DNA from: Octopus vulgaris
Lineage: Eukaryota
Direction of reading: 5' to 3'
Length of the DNA: 64,000 nucleotides
Assembly (NCBI GenBank): GCA_951406725.2
Contig: OX597815.1
Coordinates: 201,686,001-201,750,000, forward strand
This document shows, piece by piece, positions 1 to 14,340 of this stretch; within the stretch, counting starts at the first letter, position 1, and every line of letters begins with the position of its first letter. The position numbers were made by a program, and so were the translations under genes. The notes under the pieces were generated by a model. That model had not been told where the DNA came from. It saw only the letters and a list, made by a program, of their open reading frames with translations, and did no database searches.

Positions 1-775
1 TGACGATCTCAGTTGGAGTGCACACATCAACAAGAAGGTCGATACAGCTCGTAGGATGAGTTCCTGGATCTTAAGTACTTTCCGGTCCAGAGAACAAGGT
101 GTCATCATACCACTTTTTTCATCCTTTGTACGGCCACACCTTGAATACTGCTGCCCACTGTGGTCTCCTCACACAAGACAAAACATCTCCAGAATTGAGT
201 CACCCCAGAGGGCTCTCACTAAACGAATTGAAGGCATGGCTGCTCTCGACTATTGGGATCGCCTTAAAGCCTTGAAACTTTACTCCCTCCAGCGTCGCCG
301 TGAGCGGTACATCATTTGTACGATGTGGAAAATATACCGCCAACTTTGCCCAAACGACCTAAACATTTGCTTCAAGGTTCATCCGAGACTTGGACCACGG
401 GCTATACGTCCCCTGCCAAATTCAAGATCACAACATACATGTACACTGCAACATAATTTCTTTTCCTCAACAGGCCCTGCCCTATTTAACATTGTCCCGA
501 GGGAGATCAAAGAGGAAAAGAATCCCATCAACTTCAAACAGAGTCTGGATAGATTCCTTCAAAGAATACCAGACAAGCCACCCATAATTGGATACAACTC
601 ACCCAACAAGAACTCACTACTTGAACAAAACTGGATACAACTCACTCAACAAGAACTCACTACTTGAACAAAACTTGACTTAAACAGGATTCGAATAATC
701 CTATCAGGTGGTGCTATTAAGTTAGACATGGCCTAGACCAATCTCTGGTCGAAACATATCTAAGTTTTCTAAGTT
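1..775 (+). mobile_element. CR1/L2-group LINE family A, 3' part (RT C-terminal region, ORF 56..667, 3' UTR, TCTAAGTT tail); cut by window edge
   Basis: ORF has VRPHLEYCCPLWSPH and LKLYSLQRRRER motifs typical of CR1-like ORF2 C-termini; nearly identical to 54402..55180. Confidence 0.92.
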
Positions 776-891
776 TTTTATGTCACTCTTTGATATCTCA
801 CTTTTCTCACTGCCATATGTCATTCAACGGAGAAGAGCTTTTGTGTGTACTTTCCGAGTGACTTCTGCAGAAACTTAATACATTTTAATAA

Positions 892-894
<3 letters not shown>

Positions 895-971
<77 letters not shown>

Positions 972-990
972 CGTGTGTGTGTGTGTGTGT
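895..990. repeat. (GT)n microsatellite
   Basis: Direct reading. Confidence 0.97.
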
Positions 991-2449
991 GAAATCCCAG
1001 ACTTGTCTAGCCTGCTTGATGATCCCCAGTACGAAGGCACCCATTAACTTTTGCCAAAGCTTGTCTCTAGGAGAATGTCACTTTTGTATCAAACCAGGTA
1101 TGCAGCGAATGACATGGAACATTTTGGAGAAGTTTTACTTGGGTATGAGAGCAGGGTGCTTCCACAATCTTACGGTTGTGACCCATTTTCGCTTTGAATA
1201 TCTTGCACCGGTTTGCCTCTGATTTATATTATATCAGTAGGGTGGTGAAGGTCCGTGAGTTGCCGGTGAGGTGACCACATGATGCCGAGTTGAGAAAAGC
1301 ACTTCGGCGAGCATGGATGACGTGGACGCGAACCCGGGAGAAACGAACTGATACTGCAATAACCACATGGACTCTCATTGCTGTAGTTGAGACCATGAAA
1401 ATACGCAGAAATATGCCGCTTTTGAAATTTTAATTGCTACTGCAAGTGTTTGATCAGCTTGTTATCTCCTGATAATTAGTATCAGTTGTATGGTTATTAA
1501 ACAGCTGATCCAAGCAATGGCAAAATGTTTTTGAAACCTAACATATGTAATAAATTCATAATTAGTTCCGAGTAAAAATAAATGTGCTAACCCTCGTATC
1601 ATTAATGTCAGTAGCCTTATGTTATCTCATATCACACAATGCATTTGTTTGAGTAAAATTTTGTTATATGCTTAATAAGGGGTGGAAATCTTTATAGCAC
1701 CCCATAGTTTATACTTTATTTAAATTTGATCATCCAAATTGATAATACGTATATTATGTTATCGGAATTTTGGAAGGCTGCTAATTTCCAGTGATTCACA
1801 ATTAATTCTACTTGCCTATTTTTTGTCTCTCTTTTGTCTATCTTTTTTTTTTACACGTAATATAAACAGCATATGCCCTCCAAGAATTTATCAGCCACCA
1901 TATATATTATTCTCCTACTCAGATAATTTCCAGCATCTTATTTCACCTTTTTGCTTGCATTATGGAATTTAGTAGACATTGAAATGGCGAATACATAATT
2001 TACTATCATTCACAATTACCTTCGGTTTTCCCTAGTTTCATTATTTGAAGAAAAAATACTTGTTTGTTAATTTCATTCCCTAGGAGGAAAAACGTGTACC
2101 GTTTGTTTGTTTCTATTTTGCGTAGGAATATGTACAATATTAATGCAATAATATGACATCATAGAAGTGAAATGACCAAGAATTAATGTTATTTCTACTT
2201 TAAGAGGAAAGGTCATGAACATATACCACAGAACTCAGACATATCTACAGCATGTTCAAATTAATCGTGGCTCTATCACATACAAGTACAAATTTCTGCA
2301 ACGTTTTATAAGGCTCTGTTATAAACGATGAAAGTCTATTCATAGCCGTATTTGGCCAAAATACAGTTTACAAGATATTTCAACCAAAACATTTCTGTGT
2401 AACTTCACCTCCAGCCACAAAATTTGTCATTACTGTCACTTGTAGAAAA

Positions 2450-2870
2450 AGCTTTCATCTATGAATTCCGAACGGTATTATCTTTCCAAGAAACATTTTA
2501 TTCTATAGAATCACAGAGAGAAAACTGTCCACTTTGATGCTTCAAATTCGAAATTGAAGCAATAACTGAGTCATTTTCTTGTCATTGCATTGAGATATCG
2601 AATATGTAGAGTTGAAATATCCATAATTGATTATACAGATAAAGAAAATCTACAACAGGTAATTATCTAACCCAGAGAAAAAGGAATAATATTCCTTGAG
2701 GTAATTCTCAACAAAAAATTCAGGAGAGATAAATTACCTATTGACGTATGACTGGACGCTGGATACTCTCATATTGAACTGCTAAATTCATTCAATCCAT
2801 TAGGACTGACAGCAGACTAACGAAATTTGGAAACTTTGTAATGCTTTTGCAGAGTTTATCGCTCAAATAG
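2450..2870 (+). pseudogene. Highly decayed Helitron PIF1-like helicase fragment
   Basis: Manual translation: GIIFPRN (~2474), IELLNSFNPLGL (~2773), VMLLQSL (~2838), resembling AILxPxN...EFLNSLxPSGLP...IMLLRNL; many stops and frameshifts. Confidence 0.5.
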
Positions 2871-4324
2871 TTTTCTTTGAAAGGAAGAAAAACACATCAA
2901 AAGTTGTGTTGAAACTTCGAAGCTTCGATATAATAAGTGGAATCCTTACGGAATTAGGAATGGTGATACACCATATAGAGAAAATGGTCAATAGTTATGA
3001 TATTTCATAACTATGAACAAAGCACAAATTCAACAGTGCATTTAGAAATATCCTTTCCGCATACAATGACATACATTAAGTAATTTCATATGTTGGAATA
3101 TTGCAGTTAAAAGTATGTACACTCATATTTAAGGAAAATAACGGGGCATGGTTTACACCTGCTTGCACTACGCTTCCTACCTGGCTATTATATATTGCGA
3201 GATCATGTAATAAACGACAGATGTTGCTAATTTTATGAATGGTTCTAAATTGCATGCAATTTATTTCTTCTAAATTTTGATATCATTTAATATTCATTAA
3301 TTTATTAGCAAAAACGATTATATAAATAACAATTTATTGCCAATTTCTAAATACTTAACTGATAAATACATTGAAAGTATTTAATGTATTGCGATATTTG
3401 TATAATCATAAAGAAAAATATCCCAGCTATTCATTGTTACGATTCAAATATGGACATTAATAAAATAAGGAGCATTTCCGAATCGCATGCGATTTGATAA
3501 ATACAAGAATCCATCCGAAAATTCTATATCCGCTAGCGTGTATTTGACCTTAAATTATTTAGTTGAAAAACCAGTTGAAACTATTATTTTTCAAATTGAA
3601 CAAATTTTTTTACACGACCTAACACTTAACGCATGCACATAAGTGCAATTCTGTGAAATGTTCACGCTCATTTACGTAGCAGATATATGCAATTTAACTA
3701 AAACTTATATCATATGTACGTGATTTATTTTGTTTATGGGAGAAATGGAAATATAAGAGTGGATAATTATTTTATGAGTGCTGTGTGTTACGTCTATAAA
3801 ATTGCGCGTAAAGTATATAAAGCGTATATATATAAAGTGCTTTAAATAATTATCGTAGCCTAATTTCTTTCACTTTTCAGTGAGTAGCAGATGAGCGATT
3901 ATCATTCCATACAGATACAACACAGGCTACGCTTTCAGGTTTTTGGATAAAGTTTTCAGAAGTAACTCAATAGGTTTACTATTAATTTCGTGAAATATTC
4001 ACCAGTCCTGCTAGTTTTTACATTTTTCATTCCTACTCACAATCTCCACACTATAAGTATTCTGTCAATTGCCACAGTCATCGATTTCATCGTCTTTCCC
4101 TTTAGTCTACTTAATATCGTCACTAGTGGTAAACTGAAATTAATAAATAGATAAATATAGCAAATGGTAAATTATGTGCAGGGTTCAATTTATTTCTAAT
4201 TGTGCTGATTAAGGCAGTCTACGATTTGAAGTATTAAATTACTACTAAAATAGCAATTCTCCAAGAAACTAAGTTTTCAGTACATGGTGAAACGAATCAT
4301 GTTTATTGTTATTTTATTTTACAG

Positions 4325-4408
4325 GTGAAAGTGTAAAATGCTCATGAAGAAGTTACAGTACACAATTTCTTCCGAACAAATTCAGATTTTTCACCTATTC
4401 ATAAATGC
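4325..4408 (+). CDS. Putative first coding exon of an unknown small gene (ATG at 4338)
   Basis: Acceptor ttttattttacag|G, donor GC|gtaaga; open MLMKKLQYTISSEQIQIFHLFIN, ends in phase 2. Confidence 0.25.
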
Positions 4409-5431
4409 GTAAGACATATTACTCTGTTACATGATTAAAGTTAAAAGACAGGCGAAGGCATTAATTTATTGTGAAATGGTACATCTGGACAAAAGTAAGC
4501 AAGCGACATGACATGCCGGATTACAAAAGACAAAAAAAATAAAAATAAATGACAGATTTGTCGATATGCAATTACTTTTATTCATACGTAAGAGGAATTC
4601 GCAAAACTTTGGAAAAAAATATAGTTAATTTTTCGTGATAACGACAAGCCGTAACATGCTTACAATCGGTTCTGCAAAACCAGTACTTGTGATATGAAAC
4701 AGGTAATGTAGTTTGCCGTGTATTTTATTTCGAAATATCTTTCAATAAGTGACTATATCTAGGACGTTGTTCTATGGATAAAAGCTCAAGATTAGAACTT
4801 GTGTCAAAAGGGAAAGATATACACTTGCAAGTAATCATTGACCTGTTAAATGTTTAGAAAAAGCAATAAAATTTTAAAAATCAGAAAATCGGTAAGACAC
4901 ACGTGATATCTCTTTCTTCGAAATTTTCTCGTGTTTCTGAAAAATTCCCAGTTCTTTCCTTTACTTAGTCCCTCTTTGTCTCATCTAAACGGATAGCATT
5001 TTATAGTGTGTTTAAACATTCTCCAAAATACCAACATATATGGAAAATCATATATACACGAAAGGTGTATATATCATCTGCTGTTCATTTTACTTTCATT
5101 ATTTCTATGTAAATTGAATTCTATAAAACTTCTCTTCAATAAACGGGCTTTCAATCGTTTATATAAAATTACTGTGAAATAACACCAAGCAGTTTATCAA
5201 AAAACACATAAATATACGATGGCATTCCAATATTAATTCCATAGTCAGCATAAATTTGAGTTTTATTTGCTTCACACTCAACAATCTTACGAAGACCGAT
5301 CCTCAAAAAAGGAGTAAAAAGCTGTGAAATATTAATTGACTATAAATATTTCAGGTAAATCTTTTTAATCTTAAGTGCCTTTTACCTATTTCCCTCCTTC
5401 AGCATATATGTGAGTGTGTGTGTGTATACAT

Positions 5432-5476
<45 letters not shown>

Positions 5477-5479
<3 letters not shown>

Positions 5480-5612
5480 TGACGAAGCATAAGCATGCTA
5501 AAGGGGCAAAACTCGAGTTTAATAGATATGATGAATAATCGTTAATAATATATTGCGACTTTGAAAATGTCGTCACCAAACAACACGTGATATGCAGAAA
5601 CATATGTCGTGA
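5477..5612 (+). ncRNA. Hammerhead-like motif with long helix II loop
   Basis: CTGACGA 5479-5485, gcat/atgc helix II, GAAACATATGTC 5597-5608; helix I weak. Confidence 0.4.
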
Positions 5613-5944
5613 TACATAAATAAAGCCGAAACATATAAATCCACAATTATTTCGTTATTATCATATTAATCCTAAGTTCAAAGAAGTTCCGCATGTGTAA
5701 ACATCTCGAAGGATTACTTTGCAAGATGTAAATAAAAGATGGTAGCCGACAACAAGCAGCATAGGAGCATTTAAAAGTACATTTGGAGGCATTCTCCCGA
5801 AAGAAATTAAATGGATATAAATGGATATTTATATATATATATATCAATAATAATAAAGGGTAACATTCATAAATCAATTGATAATTAATAATTTTACCAA
5901 GTAGTTCGGTATGTTAAAAGAACCATTATCGGTAACCTTATACA

Positions 5945-6175
5945 AAAATTCTGTAATTATAAGCATAATTTTAATTAGGGTTCAGCAAAAATTGCTTCAC
6001 CACTTACCGACATTTAGAAATAGCAGTTAAATTCTATTCCACTATCATAAGATATCTCTTAGACATATCTTATGTTAGTGGAATAGTATTTAACTGCTAT
6101 TTCTAAATTTCGCTATGTGGTGAAGCAATTTTTGCTGAACCCTAATTATAATTATGCTCATAATAATAGAATTTA
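5945..6175. repeat. Fold-back palindrome, arms about 110 bp
   Basis: taattagggttcagcaaaaattgcttcacca... mirrored by tggtgaagcaatttttgctgaaccctaatta; centre near 6060. Confidence 0.92.
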
Positions 6176-6180
6176 TATAT

Positions 6181-6670
6181 ACAACTTAGGTATGTTTCAA
6201 TCAAAGTTAGACCCAAGTCGTGTTTAACTTAATTTCACCGCATGACAGGATTTGTTAAATCGTTGTTAAGTTTTGTGCCATCAAGGTCTATTAAAGTAGG
6301 GAGCTTTTGCTGTCTGAGATTTATATAAGTATAGGTGGTTTATCTGGCATCCTTTGAAGAAATTTGTTTTGGTATGGTTTGAATGTGATAGGATCTTGTT
6401 CTTCTTTGACTGGTTTTATGATAATGTTAAATATATTAGAGCCTTTTGAGGAAAAGAAATTGTATTGCAATGAATTAATTGGCTTTGATCCTGAATCGTG
6501 TTGGAGTGTATGGCATGTTACCACATCCTTGGGTGAGTTCTGAATGTGACATTAAGATCGTTTGGGAAATGCTGGTGGTACACGCTCCACACTGTTCAAA
6601 TGAGGTAGCGTTCACGGCGAGGTTGGAGCGAACAAAGTTTCAATTTTTCAAGGCAGTCCCACTGATCTAT
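6181..6670 (-). mobile_element. Old decayed copy of LINE family A 3' end
   Basis: ORF 6321..6524 LQYNFFSSKG...FLQRMPDKPPI matches family A; reverse-complement tail gaaacatacctaagtt. Confidence 0.85.
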
Positions 6671-7813
6671 ATGAGATATCGCTATCGTCGTCGTCGTCGT
6701 CATCATCACGATGACTAATAATGTTTTTCGCATTAGATTTGTATGGACAAATGCAATTACAAAAATTAAATGTAGAATTATTTTTTTATAGAAAATACTT
6801 CACTCTACTACTCTACTACATTGCTATTTATTATTTGAACCATCAATAATAAATCTTTTATGCTATCATATAATTGCTGGTTATTTTTTGTCACCAAATT
6901 TTTAATTTGTTATATCCACATATTGACCACCTGTGCGTAGTAATTCTTCTTACGGACAGCGTCACGTTTGGAAAGTGGCTTTTACTCTAATGAAGTTAGC
7001 AGGTGGTAAGATATTTATTACTTGCTAGGTTGTAGGAAGCAGTGATGCGGAAAGAGCCCAATATTTCATGTGAATACTTGATTTTGCTATGTATTTCCCT
7101 TACACGAATGTTATCGCCTTTTATAGAGACTAGTTTCGTTTCAGAGGTTCAAATCTCCATTTGAATTAATGATTCACTTGAAATAGATTTCATTTGTAAC
7201 GGATGCTCTGAATATACGGAATATCATACATGCATACCACATTTAACTTTTATATATTCCATGTACATTTGTGAAGTAAAAATGTCTGCTTATAGCAAAT
7301 CGAGGAACTTGTAGATTTAATGTTCATTTCGTATTCTGAACTGAAGTATTTGTGCAGATTGGGGTAAAATACACTTAAATTCTTGTACACGAATATTTTG
7401 AAAATGAAACATCTTGCTGGATTTGTATTCAAAGAATGGTTTCTACATTCCGTAAAATATATTATTGTTCAATTGGGTATTCAGATGGATATAAGTTAAT
7501 GTTACATAATGCAGAAATATATAAAATATATACGCATAAGCATCACAAAGACAAGTATATTTCCCTGATGCATACGTTATGATCTGACACTACCGAATAT
7601 GCATCTTTCATGTTCGTCTTATTTTCTCATACGTGCGTTGTATTTCATAGCTATTCATATATCCTTATCGGACAATAATTATCTGTCACCATTTCTCTCT
7701 GTCTCTTTCTCTCTTACTTCCCTCTCCACATATATGTGTGTGTGTATGTATGTTGTATACCTATTTTTCTCTCTCCCTCCCTAACTCTCTCCCTTACCCT
7801 CTCTCTCTCTCTC

Positions 7814-7886
<73 letters not shown>

Positions 7887-7916
7887 TTATCTATCGATCT
7901 GTCTAAGAATGTATCT

Positions 7917-7975
<59 letters not shown>

Positions 7976-9050
7976 GGTTAAATGTATATATTTGTCCCTT
8001 TATGCATATACAGAGATATATACGCGCGCCCTTACTCACATACACACTCGCATGCGTATGCAGAAGCCCACCACAGCTACCTCACAGCGTATGTATATAA
8101 GTTGATCTTAATACTGTTTTGCCAACGAGAAAAGTACGTATTCATATATCTGCATTCATGTCATTCTATATATGAATTCCTTCCGTGGTTGATATTTTAC
8201 GCATCACAAGGTTTATGTGTTAGAAACAAGTGTTTTCTAAGTGGAATGCGATCTTCGTAGCATTACATTTTATCAAATATTATGAGGATGAAAGATGTTT
8301 AAATCCCAGAAACACATCAGTATCCAAAGTATCATACTGTATTCCGATATCAGAAATGAAGCTCTAATATATTTCGTGTATTTCACACTGGTTTATACCA
8401 GATAATTTTACTTATGTCAAAAAGCATTACAGTAAATATAATACATAATTTCTTATCAGGACTCTAGTAAAACATATGTAGACTATACAGATCGGATCAA
8501 TGTGAATGTTGAATTATACATTTCCAGCTTCATTAAAAAAATGATGCCTCAAACATTTAAGAAATTTGATTCGGTGACGTTTTAGATAATTAGATTTATG
8601 AATAAAATATCTAGAATAATATAATCTCTTTAAAATAGTCCGTTAGCAAATATAACTACAAACATATAAGGAAAATGTGAAAAAAAATGTCTGGTGAGAA
8701 TGTTAATTTTAAATTGCATCAAGTTCATCCAACGTACAACATGGTCCAAAAATATTTGATAACGATTTCTTTCAAATTATATATCAGAAAATATACACTG
8801 CAATAAATTAGTGCAACATAGCCTTCGGTCACAGCAGAGGAAGTTGGAGGTTTACTTTGATACTTTGTCAGTCAAGCACATTTCAGCAACAATAAAATAT
8901 TTACTTGTAATTCGAAAAAGTATAAACTTTATATCTGCGATATAGTATTGTTCTACATAAATAACTATGTACTAGACAGGATATTCTACAAAATTAACAG
9001 GTGTTTATCAGTAATGTATTTCAAACGATAACACAAAACTGCGACTGACT

Positions 9051-9146
9051 ACAATAATAATATTAATATTAATAATAATAATAATAATAATAATGATAAT
9101 AATAATGATAATAATAATAATAATAATAATAATGATAATAATAATG

Positions 9147-9197
<51 letters not shown>

Positions 9198-9215
9198 TTA
9201 ATAATAATAATAATG

Positions 9216-9308
<93 letters not shown>

Positions 9309-9320
9309 ATAATAATAATG

Positions 9321-9381
<61 letters not shown>

Positions 9382-9386
9382 CAATA
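9051..9386. repeat. (TAA)n microsatellite, about 335 bp
   Basis: Direct reading; source of the poly-I and poly-L ORFs. Confidence 0.98.
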
Positions 9387-9458
9387 ACTTCAAAACTTCT
9401 TAAGGCAATCCCATGCAAGATTGATGTCTCGCAAAAAGCAGCCTTATTGGGCACAACC
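9387..9458 (+). mobile_element. Dong/R4-like RLE LINE C-terminal scrap abutting (TAA)n
   Basis: Translation SQKAALLGT resembles the LQKxALLGT C-terminus of these elements. Confidence 0.5.
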
Positions 9459-9498
9459 TTGTGAGTGGATTTCGTAGGTGTATGTAAATTTACACATG

Positions 9499-9545
<47 letters not shown>

Positions 9546-9929
9546 TGTCCTTACCTTCGAAACGCAGAGTAGATAAAACAGAGGACAACTGATAAAGTGG
9601 AATGTTCTTTATGTTGCCAGTCTAATTTCTCTGGGGGTTTTTTTGTTGTTCTATAAAGAATTTCGTTTTCTACGTTTTTTTTTGTTTTCGTTTCTCAATG
9701 TGTCCACATTTTTTATGTCCTGTTCCCATGCATGTATATACACATATTCATGTAGTTATGTACATATATGTATGTACATATATGTATGTATATATGCATA
9801 TATTTATATATTATTTATATTATATATATACGTATGTGTGTGCGCGTGTGTGTATTTGCATATATGTGTATTTGTGCATGTCTGTGTATATATGCACACA
9901 CTCAAATATATAAATACACACACACTGTT

Positions 9930-10075
9930 GTGTTTCAGTTTCCGCCTACCAGAACCACCCGCAAAGATTTGGTCGGCCTCATTCTATAGTGGAAGCCATT
10001 TCCCCAAGATGCCACGCAGTAGGACAGAACTCTGAACCATTTGGTTGAAAAGCAAAAATCTTAACCTCACAGCCA
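9930..10075 (-). mobile_element. SINE family 1, decayed 5' fragment
   Basis: tttcagtttccg...cccaagatgccacgcagt matches full copies. Confidence 0.85.
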
Positions 10076-11599
10076 ATCCTTGGTCCCGGGACTATACTAG
10101 AAGATATGTAGAAGGTACTGCGTAGCGGACAAAACAAATGTCACAATGCTTGTGAAGCTAGCTATTTGCACCACGCAGTAAGCTTGCGTATGCGTATACG
10201 TGTGTGTGCCTTTGTGAGTGCCTTTGTGAGTATGCATAGATATAAAATGATCTGCTCCATTTACAAAGCAAATCAATTTTAATTTATTTCGTATTGAAAT
10301 TATACAGATTGAGATGAGTCAATTCATGAAATGGCTGTTTAATTTGCACTTAATATCCCTTCCATTAGATGGCGTTTTAAGAATGGCCGGAGGCGTAGAC
10401 ACACCTTTGTTTTTTATTTGATAGTTGTATCAGCGGTATTGTCCTTGAAACGCCTTAGTCTCATTTCATGGAACCAGCATTGTTCGTTCTACAACACTCA
10501 TGGGTACACTGCATTCCTTCAAACGAATCTAATATAATTGCGAGTGCACGTCTGAGTATATGTTATTGAACGATTAAGTGCGTTCTTGTTCAGCATTCGT
10601 TTGTGGATATCTCATATGTTTAGGTATATTTAGAAGGCAGCTATTCTGTGAAGAGATATATTAATTTGCACATCAGCAATGACATTTATCTGAAAAGTAA
10701 TTACACAAGCAAACGTACACACTTTATTAAGAAGGGAAATTATAATAAATTCCTGAAGTCAGTATTAGTATTCTATTTTATTCATGGTATTACAAGTTAC
10801 AGAAGACGAAGTGTTGTTCACTGTGAAAAAAATGTTGATCTCAACATACCAATCTGTCAGCGAGCCCCACAGAATTATTAGATTTATAAATGTTTGACAG
10901 TTATAAACTTAGACAGGATACAAGGTCTGTTTAGCATATTCAACACGCATGATGAGTCTAGCAAAACAGTGTGAAAGACAGAAGAGAACAGATAAAATAA
11001 ATGCCGCGTTTGTAGCTTCTGAGGTCTGCTTATTACAGTTTTCATTATAAATTATACGGGATGAATCGGAATAAATATATAAAAATAATGTACTATGAAT
11101 AATTGTACAAAAAGAAATAAAATAAATACTTAAAGATGTGTTCTATTGAAAATTCTGTAGCATGTCTAACATGCTGAACTGGACACAAACATTTCGATAT
11201 ATACAGGTCACTGCATTTGTCCGGTTGAGTAATCAAAGTATATATTTGTTATACGATGCCCTTTTATTAAAGCTACTAAACGTTCTGAGAGAAATGGAAA
11301 GAAAACAAAATGTGTTAATATTTTCACAAATGTATTCGTGTGTGTAGTTTGGTAAATGTTGCAAATAATATATCATCGTTGATATTACCAACGGGATTGT
11401 ATTAAAAATCTAGAAGGAAACTGATACAGAAATTAAATTGTATAGATATGTGGATCACATGTTGGAATTCATGTTCCAGCAGCTGTAAACTGCCTAATTG
11501 AAATAACATTATTTTTGTATTTCTATATATGTTGCTATATATAATTTTTTTTTTATTGATAAGAAGTATACATAAAATGTAGCACACGCACATGAAAAT

Positions 11600-11601
11600 T
11601 C

Positions 11602-11634
<33 letters not shown>

Positions 11635-11672
11635 TGTATGTATGTATGTGTGTATGTATATATGTATGTATG

Positions 11673-11731
<59 letters not shown>

Positions 11732-11760
11732 GTATAAGTATATATATATATACGTATGTG

Positions 11761-11801
<41 letters not shown>

Positions 11802-11843
11802 GTATACATATATATATATAGATAGATATACAAATAAACGCAC

Positions 11844-11941
<98 letters not shown>

Positions 11942-11975
11942 GTACAAAAATATACGCATACACACGCATACATGT
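11600..11975. repeat. Compound (TATG)n/(TA)n/(CA)n microsatellite
   Basis: Direct reading. Confidence 0.95.
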
Positions 11976-12685
11976 TTAGACAGAGAGATTTATCGAGTGT
12001 TGTCTAGTGTATACATGTTTATATTTCCTCTGTCTCCATAAATACAAACATACACGTGCAACTACATGCTTGTGTTATATATATATTATCTGTATTTGAT
12101 GATGCAGAATTTATTAAACTGTTTGCATTCTTTTGATAAATTCCCGTATAAATGTATTGCACATAAGTAATTTTCGTTTGATATTAGTCAAAGTAAAATA
12201 AGATGAATAAGTTGTATACAAATACTGGAGTAGTAGATATGTACTAATTTCTGTGAAAGTAAACGTGTCATTTAACAATAAAAACCAGTGGTTGTTTCAT
12301 CACATTCCAGATCAATAAGAAATAAGGCGACGTTATTTTTGTTTATTAGAAAAGGTAGTAGTATGTCGGTTATATTTTATGATTCCACAATAAAATATCA
12401 ATCGATTATCTCGCAAATTCTATGTTTTAATTTGAAATGAGGACTGAAGATCAATAAACGAACCACTATCAAACGATATTGTCGTTTGTTGGAGCAAAAT
12501 CACAAGTGGAAGAACCAACCAATTCCACCTCAAACTTTCTCTTCCCTTGCTGTCTATCATTCTCTTTCTCTCTGTCACTCTCTGACACACTCATACATAC
12601 CTGCGCATGATCATACAAAACTTTTCCCACTCGCACACACAATTATATATATATATTTATATGTGCAAGTATGTATATACATATG

Positions 12686-12719
<34 letters not shown>

Positions 12720-12764
12720 CATACAAGCATATATGTATATATATGTATCTATGTATGTATATCT

Positions 12765-12807
<43 letters not shown>

Positions 12808-13315
12808 GACAATATACACATACACCTCCTCACACAAACGCATGTATGTGTGGACGTGTATATTGAGAAATTCTAATACACCAGCTTTACAAAATTATCT
12901 ACGTATTATAAGTATGTATGTAGATTATGATAACTTTCGGATAATCGCTTGAGATAAATATCATAAATACTATCACTAGATTAACAAGCAAGGTCTCGAG
13001 GCAGATATCTAAGTTACCTTCTTTGTACCGTTATGGTCATAAAACTTTCTCCCCAACTTCACTCGATATTTTTTCAAGGAATGGATTCTAGACACGTAAG
13101 ATGTGTGTTTGAGCATTTCTGTATTTTATTTGAAAATTTTGTGGTTGTAAGTTTTATTGAACTCTGTTGAATCACAGCTAAATAATATCAACTACAACTC
13201 GATTGTACATATGTCAGATGACGGAAATTGTGCAAATTTCTATTAGATTAATGTTCCACCTCTTGGTGGTTAGAATTAATTTGTCAGTGTTATAAATTAA
13301 CTCGCATTATTGCAG

Positions 13316-13353
13316 ATGTCTTGAAAAGCGTCGTGTGTGCTACACTTCCTGCT
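13316..13353 (+). CDS. Putative 38-nt internal exon (CLEKRRVCYTSC)
   Basis: tattgcag| acceptor and |gtaagt donor; phase 2 in, phase 1 out. Confidence 0.35.
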
Positions 13354-13949
13354 GTAAGTAAATCTATTACACAATTATTAACCAGGGTAGGAAAAGTTAT
13401 GTAAAAGCGGATATGAAAAGTAAAGATGCCATATTACGTTATGTAACAACGAAGAAGAATATACATAAAAATCGAGACGGGGATGAGAGATAGCCGTAAA
13501 GACACCGGTATCATTGCTAATACTAACAGTTATTATTAATAGTAAATATTTTCCTCATGTGTATTGTCTATTTAAATCCAAGATGAAAATTCCGGTTACT
13601 TTTCTGTGTTTGTATTCTTAAATTCTAGATCTACTTTATAATATTGATAATTATTCTCCCCACACATTTAAGAACAATTACGTATTTTTCTATTATATGC
13701 ATAACTGGTGCGCAATAACAATATTTGTATATAATTATGAGCGTTTAATTTGAGCAATATTCATCATCTAACGATAATGTTCAGGCTGGTTGTTAAGAGC
13801 AGAACGATGTATGTAAAAACGATTATCAGTCTAATAAAATTTGCTTCGTAGTCATGTAATGCAATTATACATTGCAGTTTCATAAAATTTAATGGAAAGG
13901 AAGATAATCCCTATAAATTAAAATTAATTTTATAGATAATTGAAATATT

Positions 13950-14340
13950 GTCCATTAGTTGTGTGACATGGACCGCCTGTTGTCGTCCTCATTCGGTTTC
14001 ACGAGCAAATCAGAGCATACACTTGCTTGCTGTGAGGAGTAAAATATATATTTCCAAATAACATAACAAAAAAGAAATGAGTTGAGGGAAAAAAGCTGAT
14101 GTCGCCAGCAATTTTCCAAGCATTTAAAGATTTCTGAGAAAATTAGCTTACTCTCTTGTCTAATTTGATCCGTTTTGAACCGCCGTGTGATCTGTGTGCG
14201 TACGTATCTTGTTATGTGTGGTAGCATGTGTACCCAAATATCCGACGATGTTGAAATTATATACATATATAAACATAAATACAGTTTTAGAGACAGAACC
14301 ACATTCCACTCAATCAACACTGAAATATTTTATACCCAAC
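13950..14340 (-). mobile_element. Decayed mariner-like transposase relic
   Basis: ITRRFK...KL...WRHQL and VCSDLL resemble the mariner WVPHEL linker region; terminus resembles a mariner TIR. Confidence 0.4.

Noticed and set aside
6014-6032. tagaaatagcagttaaa resembles the SpCas9 sgRNA scaffold
   Set aside because: Short AT-rich match inside a eukaryotic palindrome; no CRISPR array or cas gene, and the scaffold's GAAA loop is an engineered linker
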